Positions 13,575 through 28,000 of a stretch of DNA of 64,000 nucleotides are shown in pieces. Under the pieces are notes generated by a model. It worked only from the letters and a program-made list of their open reading frames with translations, did not search any database and was not told the DNA's origin. A program made the position numbers and the translations under genes. This stretch comes from Catajapyx aquilonaris (taxonomy: Eukaryota), in assembly GCA_000934665.2 (NCBI GenBank), contig KZ538104.1, positions 1 through 64,000 on the forward strand, in the 5' to 3' direction. The first letter of the stretch is position 1; every line of letters begins with the position of its first letter.

Positions 13575-14090
13575 TTTGGTAAATTGTTTTTCACTCGAAA
13601 CAATCCGCTTGAGGCAACATTTCCGTCTAGACTCGAGTGGTTTTTAAATTGGAAGAAATTGATTGAATATCATTCGCCTACAAGCAGTATTCACTCTTAT
13701 CTTCAAAATATTTGACTGAAATGTCTTATCAAAAACAGCCATATTTCCAAAAGGTTTGTGTGAAAGTGCCACTAATGAAAGTGAGCCAAAACCACTCATA
13801 ATGATATAAAATGCTTGCTTTCATTTGGAAAAATTGATAAGTTGTGTTCAACTGACTGAACAATTCAGTTGTTAGCTTATATGTAATTTTGCAATATTAT
13901 TGATTCGAACACAAATTGTACTCCAGTTTAAAAATTTAAAGTCACTTTCAGAAAATAATAACTTCTTTCACTTAGCATGAGTGTTTGGGCGCCGTATTTC
14001 ACGTTTAGAAAGGCTGAAAAATTCACTAATTTTGGACAGATAATTACTTAGAAAGTGGGTACATTAATTTCACTAATTACATCTCCAGAA
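13575..14090. repeat. Highly decayed AT-rich repeat with AGTG/CACT subrepeats, possibly related to the element at 36.5 kb
   Basis: Recurrent TTCACTC, GAGTG, GAAAGTG, CCACT and TTCACT motifs in an AT-rich block. No clear termini. Confidence 0.2.
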
Positions 14091-17000
14091 TGCTCAATAT
14101 TTATGTTATGAGTGTCCGGGTGTGAAGCTCTTTTAGTAGCCTAAATACTTTTAAGCTTGCATAAGTAAAAATACTATTAAATAATGAGCGCTAAAAGTAG
14201 CAAATCCCCTTTCACCTTGCAAATGCGCGTCAGGGTAAATTAACATGCACTTAAAACCCTCCTCTCTTCCCTTATTTTCCTCTGGAAAACTATTAGACCT
14301 GGATGAGTTAATAGCGAAAATGCTCCAGCTTTAACTCGATTACGGCACTCATTGCATCTTCCCCTTTTTCCGCAGGCTTTGCAAGAAAACGGCAGCGGGT
14401 GTTGAACGGATGCCAGCCTTTTCTCGCCGCCTCTTTCATCTTGCATCTCCGCACCCAATAGGTGACTACCTTTCTGGTTTTAGTTCCTTGGTTGTTGTTT
14501 TTTTTTATCTCTCATACTTACGACATCGCGGAATTTTTGAGAGCAATTAGCTGCGTGTTGAGTGTCTTGGAAAGAATTGGAAGAAGTTGGTGCCCTATTC
14601 GTCACCAGATGGCTTCACATGTGCTGCCATCTGTCGGCCGCAAGTACATCAAGAGAAACTGTTTTTATTGAATCACCTCTGAAATCAACAAATGTTTGTT
14701 GATTTTTCTTGTCGCCATTGCAGTTGTTACAGGAAGCGGCTGATTGGCCTATCCGGGAGTGAAACTAGGCAACACCGGAGTGTGAGAAGATTTAAAAAAA
14801 ATTTGAAGCGGCCTTTTCGAGCCTTGATTCTCACTGTCTTGTCCGTGGCGCCCCTAATTGATACCTGTCACCCCCTAATCGTGTATTTAAATAGGAGCCT
14901 GATACGGATAAATGGTCTGAATAATTTCATTAAACACTGAGTTAGAGCACATGCTGGTAATATATCTATTAGGAAGGGGGGGGGGGATCCCATGGAAGCG
15001 ATAATTTGGATGTGAAGGGGGGCGGGATCATAATTGAACTTCCTGGGCAGGCTTTTCATTGCTAGCTTGCTTGCTAGGGGGGATAAAACCCACACACGGC
15101 CAGACCTTCACCTACGGGCGTTTTTTGTGTATAACCCACCCCCGATAAAAACCCTTCAAATTAATGCTGGCACATCAGACCTACGTCAAAGTCGCAGCCT
15201 GGGCTTCCTTCTGGACACGCCGCCATGAATATTAATCTGGAAACTGGAACATGGAAGGGTTTGGTGCAGGGGGGAGAGACTTCACAACAATATGCATAAA
15301 CACACTATCAGGACGCAACATCGGTTTTTCGTGCACAGGTTCTGGAATCGAACCGTAACATCGACGGTTGGAAAACGGAGAAAGGAAACGTCCAGATCAT
15401 TGGTTTGGTGCATAAAATGGGCGATTCGTTGGCCCAACTGGTGATTATTCAATTTTTTGGTTAAAAAAAATTAGTTCATAAATATCACTTGCTTGACGAC
15501 AATGAAGACCAAAATCCGCATTGTTCCGCAGTTGCTGCATTGGCCCATTATGAATTGTTAAAATGCGATTTGGCGATTGGAGTGGTTCGTCTTGCAGCGC
15601 ACATATTTATTGAAACACGTCAGTACAGTGTACCGCAAATGTCACCAGAAATGAGGTCCGCAGTCATTCCCTTAGACACCGGTGACCTACTGTCAGTCAC
15701 ATGATTCATTGACTTCCGTCCTTCATCGATATTTCACGTGTGACTGACGAGCGACGGTGAAGAGTCTCTCTTCAAGATTGCATGCATCTTGCACGATGGA
15801 GGATGTCACTTTTTATGAATCTTCTATATTTGCACTGTGATTGGTGTCACCTCCAGTGCAGTGAAGCGACCCAATTTGGGCGAATTGGCCTTAAGCCTTG
15901 TTGAGTGACGTTGACAGGTGCAGAAAAGAGAGAAAAGGCTCCCCCCTTTCTTATATATACCCACCGCGAAAGAAGACGTTCCGGCCACAAAGGGTTAATT
16001 GTGGGTCTTAAAGTATATCCCGTGGAAAAGCCCCAGCCCACATTGGAAGCCCTTGGCTGGAAGCAAAGTCCGATCAATTCTGCTGTGTGGGGAAGGGAGG
16101 GGAGAAAAGGAAGGGGGATGAAAAGAGAGGTGGGGGTTTGGTAGGTAAGGTAGCCACATCTGAGGGTTAACTCGTCCGAAGTGCTATTCCATCCGCAGAT
16201 CAATCGGATCATAAAAGAAGGAAGAAAAAGGATAGGGGGCAACATTGGAGTGGAAAGGTTAAGGGAATGCTTAGCCTACAATTTGATAAATCTGCTTGCT
16301 TAGACTTTTTTATATAATTTTATGGTATTAGCCATATGCTTCGTCTGATAACGCCCAAGTTTGACAGTAAAAATCTTCACCAATCGAGTGACCCTTGTTG
16401 TGCCCAATCCGATTTAAAATTGGGACAAAAAAGCAGGGGAATGGGATAAGAGCAAAAAAAAGGAGTATAGTCGTTTTGTTCAGCCTGTTGTCACATTGTA
16501 TGAAATTGGGACACGTTCAGTTATTTCCTTTCTGAAGGGAGGGCGACTTAGCCCTGAGGCGACTCCGGAGAGATTGGAGTGCTCTTCTTCTTCTTGGTAG
16601 TGGTGCACCCCACCCTTTTTATTGAGATAGGGTTGTATGTAGTAAAGGTTTCCTTTTTGTAGGCTGCCAGGAGAAGAAGACCCTGGGGTCACATTGGGAA
16701 AGGGCCTCTTGTGCAAATAGATATACCCAACTCGCTCCTTTTCCTCCTCTTTTCTATACCCACAGATGTTGCAGTTGCGGTCCTGCTTCCGATTGTAAAT
16801 GGCCCAGGTTTTTGGTTGGAGGGGAGGGGGGGGATAGTCTCTCTTCGGAACATTTCATTCTTGTTTTTCTGATGGGAAGGATTTCAATTGCGGGGAAAAT
16901 CCCCCAGCCTTTTTTGCCAGCCTCGGGCGCACCCAGTCTCTCATCCCCCAGTCATGTGAGGGAACTTTGGCCCAGAGTCTATCTTAGACGTATATATGGG

Positions 17001-20000
17001 GGTTTCAATGCCCGTATTGTTGGCCGTGTTTTGTGCTGTTGTGTTGGGGGAAAGATTAAAGGAAAGGGCATTGTCGATAGGCCTAACTAGAGGCGAACAT
17101 TAAATAAGCTGGGAAGTTCTCCACATATATTATGACCACCTTCAACAGAAATTGTCGTGTGAAAAGAGATTTGATAAGTTCACTCCGTATTGGTGCGAGT
17201 TTTCTCACAATTCTCTCCTAATTCTTGCCATTGTCCCCGAAAAAAACCCTCCATCTTCGTTATGGCTGTTGGCACTAGTTTCCTCGGTTTATATCCGAGA
17301 AAATCACTTGCACAGAATAATATAGCAAACATCAGTGTAATATGCGGTAGGATTTGGGTTAATTTGCGAATCTGCAGCGTCCTTACTTTGGACGACTTGA
17401 AGACATGCAACCATAATCAAATGTCATTTAATTTCAGCCGTGACATCACCGGGTGGAATGGCAGAAACTTTCGAACCACTCCCGTTTTTTTAACTAATTG
17501 AAGAGTTTTTTCCCCATTTCCATTTTAAAGGCTGCATAAAAATGATTTCGAAATGAATTATTAGTGCTGCCCAAAATTGGCTACTAAAAACTGTAGAAAT
17601 TAGGATCCCCTAGGCAATATTGAACTCCATTTTTAACCAAATTCTTGTGTAAAGTACAGTATCAACAAAACGTTTTGCGAATTTTAATTAGCTCCATCGA
17701 TGATTTAGCTTGGGAGGTCCATGCTTAAATACAATTAAGCCATTTTATATTTGCTTGTCATATAGGCTTTGGAAAAAAGTCTTTCCATCTTTCTAATTGA
17801 TATGATATCTGCATTTTATGTATGCCTCTAGCTCTGTATATGTTGGCATCACAAATGTGAGAATTTAGGCAACATTGCACTTTAAACAAATAAGCATTTT
17901 AATTAGTGGAACTCGTGTAGTTTGCACATCCTATAGTAGCGACGCATAAAATGAAATACTCGTCGCGTGTTAGCCTGCTTTGAAGCTCTTTTAGCAAATA
18001 TAACAAAATTGCATTCAGTCTCCGGGCGGCCAGATTTTTAATAACTTCATATATATAGCGGGAAAAAGTATATGAGTCTCGCTTCTACACCTGATAACGT
18101 CTGGAACAATAATTATTACACTGCGAAATCAATTTTGCGACCCTCACTTCTTGGAAATTTATTTTAACCTCGGAAATTCACCGTTCGCTTTCATATTTTT
18201 AGTAAAAATGTGCGCCGGCACGTTTTGAACTTGAAAGTGAGCTGTCTCATCGTCGACTTGTCCCGTTCGACTCGGGCCGTTGCTAATAGGAAAATCGAGA
18301 GTTCCAGTTACTTCTTCTTTTGTCACTTTTCCTGGCTCATTTCCACTCCATTCCCGGTCCTTCCCTTTTGTGAATCTTCCAAGTTAATTATTGGGAACCG
18401 GAGGAGCACGGTTGATCCCGAGCGTTCCGAAAAGTCATGGACCTCTCTTTATAATATTTCGAGGCAGTTTCCTTCCAGCATACATATACAGGTGACAAAC
18501 GCCGGAAACAGCGACGCAAGCATGATTTTTGGGAAGGAAATAACAGCCCCCCAGCGTTGAAAAACCTGATGGAAAAGTAAAAGAATGTACATACCACCCA
18601 GAAGTGGCCTCCCTGCTGCTGTCACGACCAGAAACGAGGAAATTGGGGGGTTAATTCGAGGGATCCCCCTCCTTCATTTTTGGATTGACAGACGCCCCTC
18701 CTACCCACGTCCAGTTTAGAAGCCTCTTCTTACCTGTGGATTCAATCCTCCATTACGACGCCTACATCTCTTTAAGTATAAAATATTTTTGTAGCGCGCT
18801 ATGTAATTTGGAGACACCCTGTAGAACCGCAACTAATCTGATTCGTTTTACAAGCTGCCGAGATCGATAGCAAAGTCGTCGCCGTGCCTGCAGAGGACCC
18901 CCCCCCCTCCCTTAAACTTTCTGGCCAAAATCTTTGGGAGGAAAAGAAGAAGAGTGTATAATATTGAAAGATGGCGCAGTTTGATTAAGGTAAGGGAGCG
19001 GTGCATAAATCTGCCAAACGGGTAATGATGCACTCGATTCCCTCGAACCCTTGTCCGAACCCATGTTGGTCCATTAAGTCGGGGGATCTAATTTGAGCAA
19101 ATTGCCTTTTTAGAGTGAGCCCTTTAACCGTTTTGATGCCCCCTTCCCCCAAAGGCTCGCTTTTGAAGGTATCAAGCTCCTTGGCTAGAAGGGATCCAGC
19201 AAGGGCTCGAGGCGGTTCCACTTACGCCCTTTTTGTGTGTAGTTGGGGTTACGGTGTGCGGCTGCACGTTTCCAGGCAATAACGCAAAGGGAGTGATTGA
19301 TGGCGACCATGCAACATGTCAAATCATTATCACTTGATTCCATTACCCCCTCTAGGCTTGAGACAAGGAGCTAATTAGGATTTCACTTGCGCCGCCACAC
19401 AGCCGCTGCCTCATTCTAAACTTATGTGACCAATTCCTGTGTATGTACAGGTGTCATTTGGCACCTCCTGTAGCAACGGCGCCCATTGCACGTCCTGAAC
19501 TTACTCGTCCGGAAAACGGGGGCGAGGCCACCGGATAAGATACACCTAAGCTTGAATTATACATACGGTGGGGGGCAAGGGCAGAAAAAAAAGGTTAGTA
19601 CGAGGCATATAAATATCGGCTGGGATTGGCGTCCTATCTGACCAATGGCGACTGCCGTCAAATTGCGTGCAGGAGCCAGGAATATTCACTCCATTTTTCC
19701 TTCTTTTTATCCAGCCCACCCCCATGCATGGCCACCATCATAGTGTGCAACAGCTTGGAAACGACTCTCATTATTGGCTTGAAAAGAAGTAAGGGGGTGG
19801 GCTGGATTTGTACCTGGGCTGCCACCTGGGGCGAGCCATTTGACGCACCTCCCAAAAAACATTTGCTTCATTTTATAGTGGCTATAGGATTAGAGGCCAT
19901 TTAATTGGCGGACAATATTGGTTAGGTTAGGATAGGACAGGTCAGGCGCGCAATTTGATCAGAAGTTAGCAATTTCGCTATTCCCTGTAGCTGCTAGTAG

Positions 20001-21966
20001 CTGTGATAGAAAGCAGCTTATACGGTGCCAAAACTTTGTTAACACACTGCGGACTAATCGGTTTGGAACACCCGCTGAATGTAATTATCCAGTGGAACAT
20101 TTGGTTTTGCAAAACTATTTTTGGTCCAACTGGTATAGTAATCGAGGTGGGACCTGCAGTTTGAGTGAACCTTGAGAATAATCACTTCATATATGCAGTA
20201 GCCGATTGGAGGGTCTAAATTTGTAAATAAACGGCCCTCCCGCACTATAATGTGTGGTATTTTAGTAGGGTGGCCCTTACTGAAATTCGTGGTCACGCAT
20301 CGTTGTATATTTTATTCCACCTGGTCTGGGTTCGAAACGTGTACCATCAAGAATAATGGGCTCCAGTTTATGCTTGACCCATAGATGTAAGAAGGACAAT
20401 GAAAAAAAAAATCTTTACCCCATGTGTTTGATTTTAGGAAGTGCTGCTCGCCTATACTGCTAAGGCCATTTTCAGGTGAACCAGATTCTGTGAGCGATAT
20501 CTGGCCAGCCACTGACTGTCCGTCACATGATTACTCCAGTAATAAACCCCTGAGATGAGTCCATTATTAGGTATATCGTGGCCCCCAGTAGTTATCAGCC
20601 TGGTGGAATCTGCAATCCGTGGGTTCAATTGGGGGTGACTCTCCTCCTTCTCCTCCCTGGATTCCCCTGGGAAAACCTTCCTGGCTCAATCTGGAAAGCT
20701 GAGGAGGCCCACACACAGTTCGTTATCTTCAGTTCACGTCCCGATACGTTTCCGTGCGCCTCTTCTTCTTATCCATCTGCTGCAGATGCCAGTTGCCGCA
20801 TCACTTCTTTTTTTTCCCTCCTCCTCCTCCTCCTTCTTCTTTTTCGCCCAACCGACCCACCGACTCTTTAATCCACTCCGCAGACTGTAACATAGCCAGA
20901 TGCCCCCTTCGAAATCGCTCCGTGAAGTTGATCAGAATCTATCCACCCACCCACCAACTCCTTCCACGTATTTTTTTAGGCGCTTGNGGGGGGGGGGGGG
21001 GGGGACCATTGGAGACGATTAGAGCTGGAACTACCTGAAGATGACTGAGCACGATTGAGATTAACCGCTACAAAGGATTAGATCAAGCGAACTCAAATCA
21101 CAGTCTTACACAAGAGTGGTCAATCTGAGCTTGAATGTTATGAAATGTGTCCGGGTAATAAATCTTGCAGTGTATGGCCAGATTTCTACATAAAATAGTT
21201 CAAAAATTTCCACAAATTAATATTACTACTAACCGGCTCATTCCCAGTTCAATCCATTCCGGATGGCAAATATTCATTCGACATAACCTTGCTCCCGCGG
21301 ATAAACTGCATTAAATATGCCGGACACAAATCCAGGTTTAATTACTTATAAGAACGCCTTATATCAGGGCGCCAAAAATCGGCTGTATGTTGATTAATTC
21401 ATTTCCTGCTCGACTTTGGACACGGATGTAACTGTAGCACGTGTTAATATCCGTTTATAAAGCCGCGTGCAATTTGGATACAATCAATTTTCGAGGTTGG
21501 AGGGTTCGGACGGTTATGTGTGGGTGTGTACACATGTGTGCGGTGCGAAACGAATGAATAATTAATTGAATTTATGCCAACTTCCTATCAGGGTCGGAGG
21601 GATTTGTAATTTTTTTTCCTGTGTTGCCATGCAGTATAGGCTACTGAAACTGTAATTTTTCACTGCAGATATTTTTTTTTTCTCAGTCCCAATTTCTTTT
21701 CCTTTCCCCCCGCATTTAGTATAGGCACGCTCGACCTGTTTCCAGTTAGGTGAACGTAATATTCATAGAGTACGGACATAAATCTATACGGAGGTGGCGA
21801 AACCCGTACGGGATCCGTATCAGTCTGTCCGGGGGTTTTAACCAGAGAGCACTTCATCATTTTCTGGTATGGTTTCGCCCACTCTTCCTCTGCGAATTCT
21901 TCATTCCTGCGCTGAATTTACACGCTCAACAACATGTCGAAATTATCACATTTCAAAATCGGTTTC

Positions 21967-22068
21967 TCCGACTATACCCTATAGCGCCATCTATACTTTG
22001 ATCCGATGCTATACCGCCGCCATCTATACTTTGCTTTCTAATACACAAGCGACGCACGCGCCATCTAT
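21967..22068. repeat. Short tandem duplication carrying three CGCCATCTAT motifs (CTCF-core-like)
   Basis: CGCCATCTATACTTTG occurs identically at 21985-22000 and 22018-22033, each preceded by TCCGA..CTATACC. A third GCGCCATCTAT is at 22058-22068. Confidence 0.6.
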
Positions 22069-25000
22069 TACGTTCCAAGCCCAACTAGTATCCGAAAATC
22101 GAAGGACAGTGTGCCTCTCGGGCATGAAAACAATGTTGTCCGTGACATATTGGCATCTCATTCATATAATTGTAACCTGTTGTAACCAGTACCGCCGGTA
22201 CAAGGTCCTTCTTCCTTTTGTCTACCAACTGTTTTGAATGGCGGTCTCGCTTTTTCCATCCATGGAGAGGGTTCCCCTCCCCCCCCCCCTCCAATCAATT
22301 GATGGCCCGCGTCACAGTTAAATTCGAGCACAAAAGGCGGCTCACCGGTGGCACACAGGACCACACTTGATGGGTGGGGGGTATCCATGGGGAGGGGTTT
22401 CTTATGCCAAGGTGAACCCGGCCATTTCTCTGCTGCGGCACCCCTGGAGACAATGCTGCTGGCCCCTTTGTGCCCCTGACATCACGCCCAGGCCCCCAGT
22501 TATTAATCCATGCCAGCGACAAATTAATCGTAACATCATCATTAGCCTGGGGATGGACAGCACTAAGGAGAAACCCCGTCGGATTTTTGCAAACTTTCGC
22601 ACACGTGCAGGGTTCAAACACTTGAAATCAGTAGCATCGGAGTCGATTTTAATTACCGGTGCGACAGAACTTGGGAACAAAGTGAATAATAGAGACTCGA
22701 TCTGTTTTGGAAGGAAGAGTTGCCGGAAATTGAAAAAGAAGAGTTGGGAAGTTCAACGCGGCTCTATTTTGGGCAAGGTGTTAATTTGAAGCCACCAGGC
22801 GTTGTGTGACCCGGTGGCACACTGCTAAATGGCTGCTGCCCAACACAAACAAGCGGGTGATTGCAGGGTCAGGACTCATTTTTGCCGGCCAATAGACGGT
22901 GATTGGTTCCCTGGGGGACAGATGGGCCGATGGAATATTAATCAGGATGAACAAGTGACCTGGGTCACGGGTCATTTGCATGCTACAAAATTGAACACAC
23001 TGATATTATACCGGGTGTTTCATTAGTTTCCGTAATCTCAGTGTACGGAACATTTCCTTTTCGCAAACTAACCGTTAATTTTTTGTGTACTTAGCGGTAA
23101 ATTAGGCGGCTATTGACGCGTTGTACCAATTACTATCGGGGATGTAACCTCTGGAGAAACGTCTAAAGTTTAGTCATGGACCGCCCCCCTTTCGATGCTG
23201 TGATGCGACCCAACTTTGCCGATTCGATGGGAGAGACCCTCCGATAGCAGTTGGCCATGTCTATTAGATGGGGTGAGAGCCCCAGACTATCACCCCCTGG
23301 CACTAACCGCCTACCCAACCCGAAAATCGACAGCTTTAAATTCGACGCATACCTACTCGGCCGTATAAAGTCGAAGTTAACCAAGGTGACTTGTAGCACT
23401 CTGGTTGCATGACCAGAATTATAACATTAGACATATCGCAACTAAAAATATATTTTGGACAACTTGTAATGAAAATTAGGCAAGCTTTATTGCGCTGCAA
23501 TTATCACTGAGTATGACTCGAACTTTTTGTCGAGCATATAGTATACGAAGGAAGTGCGGATGGATTTTGCGACATGAATCGAGTCGGAAATGGGGCATCT
23601 CTGCTTGAAATTGCGCGGGCGTTGTAATATCGGTCTTGCATCATCGGGAGGGGAAAAGGAAAAGGCGGATATTTCCTGCTTCTTTCTCTATTATTTAGAC
23701 CTCCCCACCACCATTTCCAACCTCCTGTTGTGTCGCGGTCCCTGCTTCATCTCCGGTGACAATCAACGTCTTCGGCATTCCTCCTGCGAGTCCCATTTCC
23801 TCCAAAGTTCGCAGCCCTTTGAGTTCAACACACCCCCACCAAGAAAATCAGGATATGAAGTTAGAAGCAGGACAAAATATTACGTTGCCGCCACATGTCT
23901 ACACCCCCCAAAAAAATGACGCCAAAATGAAAATCAAGATAGGTGTCGACAGCTTTTCAACACATATCTGCACCCCTTTGTGAGGACTTAAAAGGAGGGG
24001 TTTTTTGAATAGACTTTTGCTTGGTGTGTATGGAAATGGAGTCGAGAGTGTTTTTTCAGGTCATTTCCAGTCATTGCGCATGTACAAAAGGTTTTAACAC
24101 CCGACTCATTATAAATCTTGCAGTACATTGGGGAGGGGTTGGGGGTTTAGGACTGGTAGCAGCTGGTTTACATATTTATGAGCGTTCAACGTGTTTCAAT
24201 GCGGTGTACAGGGATGGAGCAGTGCACAAAATGGACAGCCATGAATAGCATGATTGGAGCACCCGCTTTATTTCTGCGAAGGAAAAAGGTTACATCGATG
24301 TACACTATTCTTCATCCATTATCACGGACCGATTTTAATAATTAAATATAACGAAGAATATTCAACGCCCGTTGGTGCACAGCTGCTCTTTAAAATATTC
24401 AAATTTGAATTTAATAATGCACCTGAGTGAAAAATGGAGCAGCATAGGGCGTCTCTTTTGCAGTTCTTTCAACCGGATCACTAACGAAGAACGCAGAAGC
24501 TGCTGACTACTAAATTCGCAATTATGCTCAGAAATCAGTTGTGAACCTGTGAATATCTGATCTGGGGCAAGCGACGTGTAGTCAGGTCACGCTGGTTTGA
24601 AAAATGTAGTTTTTTTTCAGGCGATTTCATTCAGAAGTTCCTTCCATACACTTCTTATAAGTTACTTGGACTGAATATATTGGAAGATATTGAGTAAGTC
24701 CCTGTTGGATCTGTCCAACTTTGTTTCCTGCCTCTTTCCTATATATTTTTTTTATTTTGAAATTTTTATTGTCGGTCTAAGTGTTGCAAATAGGATAAAT
24801 GTTCAGGGCGTATAGCTTTAGTGTTACGAATGGTGGGCGTGAGGTTTGGCATACTCGAGCGGGGTTATATGTATAGGACGATAGTATGGGAGTTAAAGGG
24901 AAGGAAAAGTTTTGCGGGGAGGCCTCCCCCGAAAATGTGTGCGAAATGTGTCTCTAGGGAGAGGCGATGCATCCATGTCCGTCCAAAGAACTTCCCTTTT

Positions 25001-28000
25001 CCCTCTCCCACCTCCTCCTTCCTCCACCACCAAAACTGTCTCTCCGGCATGCACTTCCGCCCTGAAATATTGGTGGACTCTTCCCAAAGACTTGGTCTGG
25101 CATGAGAACTGCTTTTTTATCATTCTCAATGAATCTCTTCCAACACCCTGATTACCATTGAGGGTGATCGCTATTTTTTTATTCAAAAAAAAGAGGACTT
25201 GGGCGGAGCGAACTTAAGTCAGGTGTAGGTCACGCTTTATGCTGGCTTTAAATCCGTTAAAGCCTTGCTTTAGTGCTCTTAAATCCTTTGGCATGTGTTG
25301 TGAATCCTGTTCGAGTCGTCTGAATCCGCCTTTTTACCAGACTGAAGCGAAAAATCCTGCTAAATCATGGAAGTGTGCGAAAATTCGTATTAATGACGTC
25401 AATTTGTCATCATTAAATCCTGTGTAATTACTCAATAAATTCCGCAGCTTGAATGATTCGTTTTAAGCAATACATCCCTTAAAGCCTTTGCGCAGTTTTT
25501 TTAAAAGAAACGAGATGAAGTAACTCCGATCAATGGTATTAAATCGTGTTAAGCCAGTTAATAGAGACTTTCAACTCCAGCTAACTCTATAGCTTAACTT
25601 TGACGAACGGATGAAACCTGGCTTAACTCCCACCCGTCTTGGTGTCCAGAATGATTTAAGACGGTCTCATCAGGGCTGAGAGACGCATGGTTTGTCACAT
25701 TGATAGCATCTGGTTGCCAAACGTTTCACATGTAAGCGCCACATCCCATAATTTTGGCGAACACGACCTTTTTTTTAAACTCTCTCTCCAGCTCCTTTTC
25801 TTATATATTTTTTTTGTAATCGTACAGTCACAAACCGAAGAAAAAAAATGTTTCTCGTTTTTCGAGCTTCTGTGGCGTGCACACCTTCACCAGAAGTCTA
25901 GAGAGAGGTCATCGCTCTAGAGGCATGAAATATTAAGATTAATCCTTGATTCTCAATATGGCGTCTTGTGTGTGCTGCGTATATTCCCTGCGACACATCA
26001 CGGAAACAAAAGGGCGTCGTTTGTATTCCGGGGCTTTCACCTGAGAGACTGAAAAAAACGGTGGTTTTATACCAGTTTCATGCGGGAGATAAAGACCGCA
26101 GAAGATGCCACCATAACTAAATTCTTATCAAGAAACAGGAGAAGGTCGTAAAGCTACGATCCCGGTAAGGTAACTGGTAAAAAAACAACGGAGACGAAGT
26201 ACAGCAGAAAACACGTGTAGGGTGTTTTACGTGATCTAGCAAAAGTTGGCTACTGCAGGAGACTTACTGCCTGAGTAAACATGGCTAATAAATGTACTAT
26301 ACTAATAAATGTACAGACATCTCCCAGGCGTTTCAGTGAACTGTTGATATTTCAGCAACAAGTGGCTGCATCTTTTTGTTGATATTACTATATAAACTGT
26401 CTGTATAAACATAACCGATGCTTATTTTACTGACGAAAAGCATGCACCATGAGCTTTGCGAATCTCAAATTTTGTGCCTGCAAAATTTCTCAGTTGCGTG
26501 TCCCTAACTTTATATATATACGTATATATACTTATGCGAAAACCAGAATTTGCAAGCCTAGCAGGAGAATAAAACTTGAATCTCTTTTGGAGCGAGAAGA
26601 TTATTTTTTCCTTCGATATACTCGTACGTTCTGACTTGTAACTTTTTGATGCCCGAAAGCAACAAATTTTCTGATCGGATACATCTTTCGATTTTGTCTC
26701 TCTTAAACTTCTATCTTGCGGGAGGGTTTGTCATTCTAAAGGAGTCGTGGAAATTTTGTCTCGACAGGTTAAGTTTTGTTAAGTCTGATCCCCTCGAGGA
26801 GGTAAAGTTAAGCGCCATCATTTTTCCCGCCATTTCTTCTTTTTTTCGTACTTTATTTTGCAAGAAAAAACTGTATATAGCACATGGCTCAAGGCTTTGC
26901 TCCGCAGATGCTTGCAAGAGATGCCTTTTGATGTATGGCGTTTTAATGTAATTTTAATGCAACAAAGGAAGAGGGGGCCTTGTGCTGCTGCTGGCAGTGT
27001 TTCCTCCGGTCTGGAAACCTCTACAACTTTCAAGGGTTTCAGGAGTGTTGTTCCTGCGTATTTTTAGTAATTTTGCTGCATGCAAAAATGAGGTTAATCT
27101 CAGTCCTGGAATTCCATTAACGCCCACTTGTGTCGCTCTCAAATAGAGTGCTTTATCACTGTAAAGCTTGTTGCTATACAGGGTTTGAGAAGTTGTGGCA
27201 GCGGAAACAGTCGGTCAGTGACAATTAGGGAGAAGAAGGATTCGTGTACATATTAAATGGAAAGTCACACAATCACAATCGATCACAGTATTTTCCCAAG
27301 ATGGGGTTTAAATGAAAAGTGAAGTCCATAACGCCCTTTATTGTTCAGTTACTGACTTATTTTATTTACTTATTTGCTATTATTTTTGTATTGCTATATC
27401 TGACAAATTAGGATGAGGATTAACCAACCGAGAGAGAACGTAGTCAGATGGCACTAACTATAGTAAGTGTAAGGCACTTCTAACGCCAATTTGTCGATAG
27501 TTTGAAGTCCTGTGATGTGATAGGCGCAAAGTTTAGGCTAAATTGAATATTATGTTAGTGTACACATCAGAGAGAGAGAAGAGAGAGAGAGGATCTTCAG
27601 GCTCACTCGGTGGTTTCTAGTGTGCCTGTAATTATGCTTTTATGTCATGGACTACGAACTTTGACATTAATGCTGTGTTCTGAGAGGCATGCTCGCGATA
27701 ATAGATAACCGTCGCGCGCGAGCCCGAGTATTACAAGTAATTAAAAGATGAAATTATCCTTGTAGGCTTTAATTTCATTTTGCGGCGTTTCCTCCTTACA
27801 CCCTTATAGTCTCTTATAGCCATGGACTATAGCACAATCCACACGTTTCAAGCTCTCCGCAGGGGGAAAAGGAGAAGAAGACCTCATATATATGGCAAAC
27901 AATATGCCAGAGTTTGCCTTAATTCAAAATTATATCCGGAACAGTAAACTTTGGGAGAATATTAGCATAAGAAACCGTCCCTCGGGTAGAATTCTGCTCG

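Noticed and set aside
15510..15525. 16-bp identity CCAAAATCCGCATTGT shared with about 56510
   Set aside because: One 16-mer match is roughly expected by chance in a 64-kb self-comparison, and the flanks do not align.
18815..18855. ACCCTGTAGAACCG resembling the 5' part of miR-10
   Set aside because: The 3' part of the mature sequence does not match and there is no full precursor stem. GAGACACCCTGTA is better explained as a lone mariner-type terminus or chance.
23009..23050. TACCGGGTGTTTCA mariner-like left terminus
   Set aside because: No matching right terminal inverted repeat found.
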